Below, piece by piece: positions 27,391 through 64,000 of a stretch of 64,000 nucleotides of DNA. The position numbers and the translations under genes were made by a program. Under the pieces are notes generated by a model. The model made no database searches. It saw nothing but the letters and a program-made list of their open reading frames with translations, and was not told the DNA's origin. Each line of letters opens with the position of its first letter. The stretch's first letter is position 1. Where the stretch lies: contig CM022670.1 in assembly GCA_012295275.1 (NCBI GenBank), positions 15,004,001 through 15,068,000 of the forward strand, given 5' to 3'. This DNA is from Chrysomallon squamiferum. Lineage: Eukaryota > Animalia > Mollusca.

Positions 27391-29696
27391 TTTTCATTTT
27401 TTGCTATTTGATTATTTTTCCTTTTACTGCTCAGAATATTGTTTTGTATAAAGTAATACTATTTATATAATTATTATCACAATTAATTATATTACAACAC
27501 ACACACAAATATATATATATATATATAAAATAAGATAAAATAAAATAAAATAAAAATAGGCTAATATAAAAATCAAATCACTGGGCGATGGAAAATCAAT
27601 ATTCTTCTATCTAAATTAGTTTATTTTTTACACTGTAATGAAGATGTTTACATAATACTATTTGTAATATTTAAGAAAAAATTAAATGTTTTCAATTCTT
27701 ATTGTTTTTAATCCATTTAAACATCTAAAAGCAAAAGAATCTTTATTATTACTTTTTTTTTTTCTTCCAAGGGGTCAAATATTTATTTTAAATTTATTTA
27801 GATTTCTAAATTACATGCAATCTACACAGACCCTGGAGGGAAATAACAGCAGTTATCAACCCTTTTTACTCTACGGATATTTCAAAAATATAGTTTAAAA
27901 AAAAAAAAAAAAAAAAAACCGGTCTGTTCATGCATAATGACATACGTTTCAGCTAAACCTTATATTTATTTATTTATTTGTTTGTTTGTTTGTTTGTTTG
28001 TTTTAAATCACACCCATTATCATGATCCTATAACTTCCAAGCACGACAATAAACGTATTGCACAAAAATAATTACTGTAGGAGATAGTATATCGTCTAGA
28101 ATTCCTAATAACGAAGGTCGAGCAAGACAGACGAATGTTGTGTACATTATGAAAGCAGATTATGTGAAAACTGAAGTATACACATGTAACACACTCGTTA
28201 ACTGGTAAGCGCAATAAAGCAGTTTCAGTATATAATTTATTACAGAAGAGACAGCGTAACTCTAGTATCGTGATCAGTTTTTAAAATGGCCGTGAGTTTT
28301 TAATGTTCAGTAATAAATGACGATGTAATCAAATAATTACTGTGTGAAACTCTTATTTGATTTATGTGTCTTTACGTAGATTTAACACTGTTAAAAATCA
28401 GTGACGGATTTGTAGAACTGTAACTCTGCGAATGACCAAAGAGCAAATTGTAGTCATGTCCGTTTAATAAATTATAATGACTCGGCTAATATAACTTTCG
28501 TCTAAAATTACCAATTGTAATGCAAATAAATTGTGAGAATTTAAAATAATTTAGGAGGCTAAGTGTACCGATATCAGTTTCTTCTGTAGTGAGTTAACAA
28601 TGAATTACATTCCTTTGCGACTAACTGGACCTTGTTAAACCGAAGGAGTCAATTACAAATTTTACAAAGTCATTGAGGAAAAAAATTGTTTTACTTGTTG
28701 CTTTATTCTGGGTTTTTTAAAACTTAAATAATAATAAAATCATATCATTTCTCTTTAAATAATTATGTCATAATTATACCCTTTAATTAATTGTGACAGG
28801 ATTAATAACAAATCAACGTGTAATGTTTTTCTACACACTCACGTATATCTGTATCCATATAAAAAAATTCCTGATGTATACAACTGGACAAAACGATATC
28901 TGATTAAATTACTTTTTCGTTATCTGATATCCGACTCTTCTCAGTCTGTACTCATCATCAGCCTCGTAAGCGTCCTCCCATCCTGAAAACACACAGCATA
29001 ACAAGTCTGTCAGTTTAACCACTGACGTACTTGTTACTCATAAATCTAACCACGCAAGTGCAGACCTCTGCACACCTGTTACAGAGACAGGTCTGACAGA
29101 CGCACGAACTGAGTGATGTAATAAAATATAAACTTCGTAGGCTTTCGTTTATTTACTTTCGTTTCGTTCTTCGCAAACAAATACTTCAAGCACGTAAGTA
29201 TCATTTTTGTAATGCTCTAGTTTCCTTGACCTTGCGTTTTCCTTCTATTTTATTGGATGGATGGGTGGATGGATATATGGCACGTGCTAGCTATCGGAAC
29301 AAACCGAATAGCCTCCCCCCCCCCGAAATAAAAGCCGGGTAATCAATGCAAATATGACAAATATGAAAATGTGATAAAAATACTGACTGGCTCTATTTTT
29401 GCAGGCTGGGAACCACGTGTGTGTGGTGGGCAGAGAGAAAAGCTATGACGCGTCGCTGAGTCCAGGGAAACGTACGTACCTGTGCAGTGGATCTACCTGT
29501 GTCGGCTGTGGAGCTTCTTGTTTTCAGGGAGGAAAATACGAACGTACATGCATGTGAAGAAGGGAGCAGTAGTGAAGCTGCTCGCTGCGTCAGGACACGC
29601 CCCGGAGTAAAGTAAGTGTCCACGTAATCTGAGTGATAATAAATTGTTGCGAACAAAACTGGTTTTCTGTTAAAGCTGATACCTATTAACGTTGTA

Positions 29697-29763
29697 CGAA
29701 AATTTCAGAATTATTATTTTAATGATCATCTGATATCGGCTACGGTTAAAATACATATACTAG

Positions 29764-29825
<62 letters not shown>

Positions 29826-30053
29826 GGAAAATATTGAAATCATTATACGATCAATCATATTATTATTATTTTATTTTTATTACGAATAAATAAATAATTA
29901 ATTTATTTAAATTAAATAAATAATAAAATTAATAATAAATGACTAATAATAATAATTTCAATAATAATAATAATAATAATAAACTAGTATATGTATTTTA
30001 ACCATAGCCGATATCAAATGATAAAACATTAAAATAATAATTCTGAAATTTTG

Positions 30054-30054
<1 letters not shown>
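29697..30054. repeat. Inverted repeat (about 70 bp unique arms extended by (TAT)n/(ATA)n); foldback or MITE-like
   Basis: aaaatttcagaattattattttaatg..atcatctgatatcggctacggttaaaatacatatactagtttatt (29699-29770) is mirrored at about 29975-30052; TA dinucleotides flank at 29695-96 and 30055-56. Confidence 0.9.
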
Positions 30055-30097
<43 letters not shown>

Positions 30098-30647
30098 TAA
30101 AACATTTGAAGATTGATAAAGTTCCAGCTTATTACGCTATTTTTAGTTAAATTCTATTCTTACTTATTTCTATTTTAACTTTATTTCTTTCTTTCTTAAT
30201 TTCTTTCTTTTCTTTTTATTTTTTTTTTTTTTTTCTTTCGTTCGTTTTCATTTCTTTTCTTTTAATTCCTTTTCTTTCCTGCTTTCTTTCAATCGTTATA
30301 CAGCCGGGCACACCTGGCTGTTAATACTGAGATTAAAAAGTTAACATGATACAAACGCCCAATATTTTGTTTTTCCTCTTCTTTTATCACTGCCAGCCTC
30401 TCCTCACTTTGATCTGTGTCTATCATGCAACATCTTCTTTATCAAGATTACACTTACCTGACGTACTGTCCTTACCTCGAATTCATACTAAAACACTAGC
30501 GGTAGAAGCTAGTGAAACTGTTTATTGTCTTTGTTCTTGTTTTATCATCATATCTGGTGCATTGAGCACAGTAATACAAAAATCATTCGTAATTTTAACA
30601 TGTTAAAAACAAATGTAAATATCTCAGACCTGCTTAGGCATAAAAAC

Positions 30648-30670
30648 ATATGTGTATATATGTATGTATG

Positions 30671-30701
<31 letters not shown>

Positions 30702-30945
30702 ATATGTATGTATGTATGAATGTATGTGTGTGTGTGTATGTATGTATCTATGTATGTATGTATATATATATTTATGTATTAATGTGTATATATATGTGCG
30801 TCTGTATGTGTGTGTGTATATATATATGTATGTGTATGTATATATGTGTGTATATATTTATATATGTATGTGTGTTTGTATATATATATATGTGTGTATG
30901 TGTATGTGTGTATGTTTTAATATATATAATATATATATTTGTAAA
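30648..30945. repeat. (TATG)n/(TG)n/(TA)n compound microsatellite
   Basis: Direct reading; similar tracts at about 31510-31700, 51310-51450 and 52430-52610. Confidence 0.9.
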
Positions 30946-31654
30946 TGTATACAGTGCTTGAAGACATTAAGACTGATACACCGACTTAAACATTAAAAAC
31001 TTACTCGAGGTTTCTCTGACCTTAGTGAAGCGAGTACGTTTTGACACGATGTCAGTAATTCATTAGGAAGAGATCCGCCAGTAAACAGAGACATGACTGT
31101 TACAGATTTAATTCATTAAAAGATTTTCTCGGCTTACTAAAAAACGATTATTCTACGCCTCAGTGATAAACTGCAAGAGAAGTCGACTGACATCAACTGC
31201 AAAAACACTGATTTGAAATATAGTTAGTCTATTTGCTCGGTCTGATTTCCGCTCTCGAAGGGCATTAATATGGAGTTGATAAAAAGGAATGGTTGATATT
31301 TGTTCTGGTTGCCACCTGATTTTTCTCTCGCCACCGCCTTTCTCATATTAGATGTTCCTTCAGCCGCTATCATTCTGTTTAAAATATATAACATACTGCA
31401 CGTTCGTGTACTGATAGTAACTAATAATTTCAGTTATCTACTCTTCGTAATTAAAGGTTATACTGCGAAATAATATAACATTTGTATATAAGTATGCCTA
31501 CACCTTCCCTGCTTACATGTATACATGGATAATGTTGAAATAGACATAAACACACGTCCCCACATACATGCATTCATATATACGTGCATAGACATACATA
31601 CACATAGAAATGCACACACACGTACTTATACAGATACATACACACACACATACG

Positions 31655-31685
<31 letters not shown>

Positions 31686-32099
31686 GCGTGCATATATACA
31701 TTTTTACGAATTACGTTACACATTTTAGAATTAGTTACCGAGCAAGCCTACTAACATATTTTACACAAACAGTTTTATTTTAGAACGAGGAGTTCAGTCA
31801 CTGCCTTTGAGATACAAAAATATTTTACACTCTTGTCAGACAGCGTCTCTTTCACTGCTCACAACCTAATAATCATAATAATCAAGTTTACCGTAACCTT
31901 TTCTAAAACTCACGTTGACTCGCTATTCTGTACTTCACACGTTACAAGACAGAAAGAAACATGTGAATAAAACATCTGCTTCGATGGAACGTCCGTCGCC
32001 TGTGTTTATAAACGAACTGCCGAATCATCGCATTGACTCATATGTCTAGATGTAGTTAAATACCAAAGCTCGCTCTTCTATCATTTAAAAATATTGTGT

Positions 32100-32466
32100 T
32101 ACGTCAGACGGCGAGGCTCTTGGGCGGAGTTCTTATTAGCAGTCTGACCTCGTGCATACATCAGGGTCCCCGAAGACGGAGAAGACTAGAAGTCTATTTT
32201 TGAGACAATTAATTAGTTATGTTTTTTACTCGTTTTTATCGCTGGCTGGTCTTTGATATGCGATCTCTGTTCACTGACAAGGTTAATTGTGAGAGCGACA
32301 AAGATTACAGAATAATATTTATTGAAAATTGTGTTGTAAGATGATTGCCTTTTGTTTCGTGTGCATCGCGATTATTTTCTTTTTGTTTCGTAGGAGAGAT
32401 AATAACATCTATAACGTGGTGCCGAAAAAATCAGTCATATTTAGTATCAGTCATGATAGAGTAACT
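32100..32466 (+). promoter_or_regulatory. Candidate GC-box promoter and UTR exon(s) of the collagen gene
   Basis: GGGCGGAG at about 32122, GC-richer island, strong acceptor ttttctttttgtttcgtag (AG ends 32393); donors (32282, 32461) are weak. Confidence 0.25.
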
Positions 32467-35019
32467 TCTTTTTTATTTTTAAATCTGTAAAGATATATAT
32501 TACTTAAGTATTTTTTAATATTCACAGTGACCTTTGTTTAATTTATTCTCCTTCTTTATCATACTTAAAATACAGGATCAAAGCAAAATAAAACTAGAAG
32601 AAATAAAAAATCCCAACAACAACAACAACACAAAGACAAAACAAAACCAAATATAATAATAAAAAAAAAAAAAAAAAAAAAAAAAACATTTACGACATTT
32701 CTTTTTTGTTAGTTTCAAATGCTGAAATGAGTTTGGATAAATTTTTGTGTTTATTCTCTGTATCATTAGGTTATATAATACATTATCATTTATCTCATAG
32801 AAGCATTTATGTTTAATCGAACGATGTGTCAGCCAGAAACGTTTGGTTAAAGTAATGGTATTAATAAATAGTGATTCAGTTAAAACAGTAACCAAAGATA
32901 CGCAGATATACGCACACAGGCACGCAGGCACAAACGTTGAGCGGAATATATCTATATATTGACGGTGAAGTTCCAAGTTAGAGTAACCTAAAATTTAAAT
33001 ATTTTTTTTTGTGTTTTAATTACATTGTTAAAATTTTATTTAACCAGTTCACCTTCAGATAATATACTGAATTTCAACTAAATATGTAGATGGATAGATA
33101 GATAGATAGACAGATAGACTGATAGAGAGATAAATAAATAAATAAATAAAATGTATGTTCACTCTAACAAATGCCAAGTCATCATATGCATATTACGCCG
33201 TTACGTCAGCCAAATGAATGAAACACATTTTCCTCGAAACTAATAAAAAGACCATCAATTTTAATAGAGAGCTACAAACAAGGTCACAAAGCTAAGTAAA
33301 TTGTGAGGGCATCATCTTTTGTCAATGGCACATAGGCCTGTCTTTGAAGTTTATAGGTGTATCGAGGTGCGTGCGTGTTAATGTCACGGAGGTTACTCGG
33401 GGCTGGGATGGGTCATCGTTTCTGAAAGTGAAGCGATGGTCTTAACTGCAATGAATGAATCTGTACTTCAGACCGACCATAACGCATCCGAAAATCCTAG
33501 CTGCTTTGGAATTCAGATGGTTGGTATTACTTTAAATTATCCAATTACCGCTACTTTGTCATTGTCTGTTTGAAGACGAACACGCAGGTCAAAACGCTTT
33601 CTGTTAGACGAATAGGATAGGTTGGTTTGTTTAACAACACCCCAGCATGTTTGTTTAATAAGATGTTACGTGTCAGGCATTTCGTTATTATTATGTTGTT
33701 GTTTTTTTTTTTTTCCAGAGCAGGTAACACTTTGAGAAACGTAAAGAAATTTCCGTCAGTGTTGAGCAGTATTTGTTGTGTTGGGAATAAAAAGAGATTT
33801 GTCTAAAACAAAGTTTATGTCGTGTGGTAAAGATCTTATGTACCTGTCTCTGTTACAAAACAACAACACACAAAAACCTAACAGAAAAAAAAAAAAAAAA
33901 AAAAAACAACGACAAACAACAAAAAAAATCCCAACGAACCCACAAGTATAAATAATTTATTTACTCAGATTTAGAAATAATTTTTAATTATTGTTTACAG
34001 TATACATTAAATAATATTCCCCGAATCAAATTCATGCCTCTTTTGCATTGTTTTAATTTCTTTTGCGATTAACAAGAGACTGCTCAGATTTGTACTAACT
34101 TATAAGAATGCCGAGTTGTTAGGTAAATGATCAATGAATACCTCTCTCCTTCTTCACCGAATATGTCAGGTTATTTCAATTAGTCTTGTTTTCCTGAGCA
34201 TGTTACTGGCTCTGTTAGAGACAAGGAAAACAAGACATTAAATATTTTTCAATTAAGATTTAACATTTGTTTATGATTCTCTACTCTTCGTGGGTGTTTG
34301 GATTTCAGGTTAAAATGTTTGACTCATACCAAAGGATCTCTCTTTGTGTGTGTGTGCATGAGCGAGTGAATGCAGGAGGTATAACACAAATTATAATTAC
34401 TCATCACCTACAGTGGCTCAGTGCAAGTTATCATACGTGTGTGAGTTTACAAGGTAACACGTGTTCCCCAGCACAGTTGCACTGAACACGTGTGTTACAG
34501 GCATCCACTCTTTGTTAAAAGCTGCAGATGACATATTTCAACATATAATGTGCTGCATGCATCAGTTCAAAGGCCTTCGCAGTGACACCCATTTTCGTAT
34601 CGAGGATTAACTGTCAACAGAGTGCTAACTTTCTTTTTAACACTGCAATCGTTCTTCAAATAAATGTAAAATGCTTCAACAGAGAAAGGTTTTGTTAATA
34701 AAAAAATATGTTCTTATTAAAAAGATGCGAAAGTATACGTGACAGTCACCAAGGAGTGTGATCGCATCTTAGTGAGATCACTTCTCAAATTTCATATAAC
34801 CCCACACAGTGTGTAACTGGAAGATTACAGAACTACAGTCATGTATCTGGGAGATATGTTAACGTGTCACAAAATTCATATATAACAAGAACTATTAAGT
34901 TTTATACGGACCCAAAAATAGTAGAAATATAGCAGACAGACAGAGAAAGTTAGAGATAGAAACAGATAGATAGATATATTGAAAGATAGAAAGACAGATA
35001 AACAGATAAACTATGATGT

Positions 35020-36920
35020 ATCTGCAAACTGTAGTAAAGGAAGTACTGTGTCTGTAACCTGTATTTAAAGAAATATTGTATTAATGAAGTATGCATCTGT
35101 AAACTGTAATGTATCTGTAATATATAGTAACAGTAACTATGTATGTGTCTGTAAGCTGTAATGAAGAAAATACTGTAGTAAAGGAAGTACTGTGTCTGTA
35201 AAATGTAATGACGTATGTGTCTGTAGACTGCAATGAAGTATGCATCTGTAAACTGTAATGTGTCTGTAATCTGAAGTAAAGGAAGTACTGTGTCTGTAAT
35301 GTGTAATCTGAAGTAAAGGAAGTACTGTGTCTGTAATGTGTCTGTAATCTGAAGTAAAGGAAGTACTGTGTCTGTAATGTGTAATCTGTAGTAAAGGAAG
35401 TACTGTGTCTGTAATGTGTCTGTAATCTGTAGTAAAGAAAGTACTGTCTGTAAAATGTAATGACGTATGTGTCTGTAGACTGTAATGAAGTATGCATCTG
35501 TAAACTGTAATGTGTCTGTAATCTGAAGTAAAGGAAGTACTGTGTCTGTAAAATCTGTAGTAAAGGACGTATGTGTCTGTAGACTGTAATGAAGTATGCA
35601 TCTGTAAACTGTAATGTGTCTGTAATCTGTAGTAAAGGATGTACTGTGTGTGCAAACTGTAGTATAGGAAGTACTGTTTCTGTAAACTGTAGTAAAGGAT
35701 GTACTGTGTCTGCAAACTGTAGTATAGGAAGTACTGTTTCTGTAAACTGTAGTAAAGGAAGTACTGTTTCTGTAAACTGTTGTATAGGAAGTACTGTTTC
35801 TGTAATCTGTAGTAAAGGAAGTACTGTTTCTGTAAACTGTAGTATAGGAAGTACTGTTTCTGTAAACTGTAGTATAGGAAGTACTGTTTCTGTAATCTGT
35901 AGTATAGGAAGTACTGTTTCTGTAATGTGTAGTATAGGAAGTACTGTTTCTGTAAACTGTAGTATAGGAAGTACTGTTTCTGTAATCTGTAGTAAAGGAT
36001 GTACTGTGTCTGCAAACTGTAGTATAGGAAGTACTGTTTCTGTAATCTGTAGTAAAGGAAGTACTATGTTTGTAAATTGTAATAAAGGAAGTACTGTGTC
36101 TGTAATGTGTCAGTAATCTGTAGTAAAGGATGTGCTGTGTCTGCAAACTGTAGTATAGGAAGTACTGTTTCTGTAATCTGTAGTAAAGGATGTGCTGTGT
36201 CTGCAAACTGTAGTATAGGAAGTACTGTTCTGTAAATTGTAATAAAGGAAGTACTGTGTCTGTAATGTGTCTGTAATCTGTAGTATAGGAAGTACTGTTT
36301 CTGTAATCTGTAGTATAGGAAGTACTGTTTCTGTAATCTGTAGTAAAGGATGTACTGTGTCTGCAAGCTGTAGTATAGGAAGTACTGTTTCTGTAAACTG
36401 TAGTATAGGAAGTACTGTTTCTGTAATCTGTAGTATAGGAAGTACTGTTTCTGTAAACTGTAGTATAGGAAGTACTGTTTCTGTAACCTGTAGTAAAGGA
36501 TGTACTGTGTCTGCAAACTGTAGTATAGGAAGTACTGTTTCTGTAATCTGTAGTAAAGGAAGTACTGTGTTTGTAAATTGTAATAAAGGAAGTACTGTGT
36601 CTGTAATGTGTCTGTAATCTGTAGTAAAGGAAGTACTGTGTCTGTAATGTGTCTGTAATCTGTAGTAAAGGATGTGCTGTGTCTTCAAACTGTAGTATAG
36701 GAAGTACTGTTTCTGTAATCTGTAGTAAAGGATGTGCTGTGTCTGCAAACTGTAGTATAGGAAGTACTGTTCTGTAAATTGTAATAAAGGAAGTACTGTG
36801 TCTGTAATGTGTCTGTAATCTGTAGTATAGGAAGTACTGTCTGTAATCTGTAGTATAGGAAGTACTGTTTCTGTAATCTGTAGTAAAGGATGTACTGTGT
36901 CTGCAAGCTGTAGTATAGGA
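35020..36920. repeat. 30-bp minisatellite (ctgtagtataggaagtactgtttctgtaaa) with variant units
   Basis: 10-aa periodic ORFs in several frames (CSIGSTVSVN); about 60 copies, more diverged at the left end. Confidence 0.96.
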
Positions 36921-37457
36921 AGTTCTGTGTGTGAAAATTGTGATACAGGAAGTTCTGTGTGTGTAAATTGTAATAAAGGAAGTTATTTGTGTGTAAATTA
37001 TAATGAATAAAGTTCTGTGTGTAAATTATGATAAAGGAAGTTTTCTGTGTGTAAAGTGTGATAAAGGAAGTTTTCTGTGTGTAAATTGTAATAAAGGAAG
37101 TTCTCTGTGTGTAAATTGTGATAAAGGAAGTTCTCTGTGTGAAAATTGTGATAAAGGAAGTTCTGTGTGTGTAAATTGTGATAAAGGAAGTTATCTGTGT
37201 GTAAATTGTGATAAAGGAAGTTCTCTGTGTGAAAATTGTGATAAAGGAAGTTCTGTGTGTGTAAATTGTGATAAAGGAAGTTATCTGTGTGTAAATTGTG
37301 ATAAAGGAAGTTATTTGTGTGTAAATTATAATAAACAAAGTTCTGTGTGTAAATTATGATAAAGGAAGTTTTCTGTGTGTAAAGTGTGATAAAGGAAGTT
37401 TTCTGTGTGTAAATTGTGATAAAGGAAGTTTTCTGTATGTAAATTGTGATAAAGGAA
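36921..37457. repeat. Related 30-bp minisatellite variant (ttgtgataaaggaagttctctgtgtgtaaa), about 18 copies
   Basis: Same period and AGGAAGT core, distinct consensus; abuts the previous array. Confidence 0.95.
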
Positions 37458-38182
37458 CGTGAGTGTCGCAGTTCTAAAATGAGCTAAATGTCTTAAAACA
37501 CATGGCCAGTGATGAAAACATCCGCACTTGAAAGAAATTACAATTTGTCAAAATCGTTCTTTACCCTTCTTTTATTTGCTTTCCTTTTCCTTTTTTTTTT
37601 CTTCCCCCCCCCCAATATTTTATGTCTTTTGGTGAGTTACCGTTTTAACATAAATGCATGTATTCTGTTTAAAATACCAATTGAAATCACAAATGAAAGT
37701 GTAATTAAATATAGTGTACAGTTATTTAAGATTAATAATAAAATTAAAAAAAAGAAAATATTAATTAGTGCCTGTTGTGAAGTGTATAATTTTATTCAGA
37801 TACAATATTATTGTTCCAGATATATTATCAAAAGGATATTTTTGTTGTTGAAAGTGCAAATGTTAACAAGGCGCTGTGTTTTAGGTGTATATACACAATG
37901 GTGATTCATTAAATTCTTGAGACTCTTTTTTTTTCTGTCTCAACAAACAAGACGGGAATTAATATCCAGTAATCCATATTTTTTCTGCAAGAAACATCTA
38001 TGTAAATCTGTTATTAATATCTATTATTATTTTGTAAAATTACGTGATTTTGTCAACCGTTATTTTACATCATGCTATTTACAAAAATTAATTCATTACC
38101 AATAACTTCATTTCTTAATTGTGGCATCATTTAATTCGCTGAATGTGCTTTCAGTAGCTGTTAAATATTTTTTTTTTTATTA

Positions 38183-38240
<58 letters not shown>

Positions 38241-38315
38241 TTCTAGTTTAGATGCTTCGTATGCTTGCAATTACTGATAATTTCATGTTTTTTTCTTCTT
38301 TTTTTTCCAGGAGAA

Positions 38316-63745
<25,430 letters not shown>

Positions 63746-63752
63746 GTAAAAC

Positions 63753-63863
<111 letters not shown>

Positions 63864-63880
63864 GTGTATGTGTGTTTTGT

Positions 63881-63911
<31 letters not shown>

Positions 63912-64000
63912 TAACACTCACATAATAAAAGCACACTAATTCGGATATTTGCTGCTAATTTCAAAATGATCTAACATAGGACATGAATACTTTCTAATAA

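Noticed and set aside
30301-30320. Small GC hairpin cagccggg-caca-cctggctg (Helitron 3' end or terminator-like)
   Set aside because: No downstream CTRR terminus; short hairpins like this (also at about 17967, 18602, 34464 and 49228) are expected by chance.
34950-37359. Long ORFs of up to 418 aa on both strands
   Set aside because: They are translations of the 30-bp satellite: open in many frames on both strands, with no splice signals or domain.

Overview
AT-rich, microsatellite-dense eukaryotic (animal, probably invertebrate; a mollusc/cephalopod-like genome is only an impression from composition) genomic DNA. Almost all ORFs in the supplied track are artefacts of simple repeats. The one well-supported gene is the 5' part of a spliced + strand collagen IX alpha1-like (FACIT-type) gene. 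I reconstructed 15 coding exons between 38316 and 63745 (1278 nt, 426 aa, all GT-AG introns with compatible phases): signal peptide, TSPN/LamG NC4-like domain with four conserved Cys, a 36-nt linker micro-exon, a CxxxCPxG motif, then Gly-X-Y exons of 54/108 nt with one interruption. The gene continues past the window end. The upstream 38 kb has no recognisable protein-coding gene. It holds several promoter/first-exon-like islands, two long foldback inverted repeats, and minisatellites whose units are dense in FOX/ETS/GATA motifs. Most notable: (i) exon sizes and phases appear to match vertebrate COL9A1 in the NC4 region, but the TSPN domain runs straight into an NC3-like cysteine motif, suggesting a collagen IX-like chain without COL3; (ii) a NAGNAG micro-exon is flanked by RBFOX/MBNL-type motifs. 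I did not find evidence for a wholly new multi-gene system.
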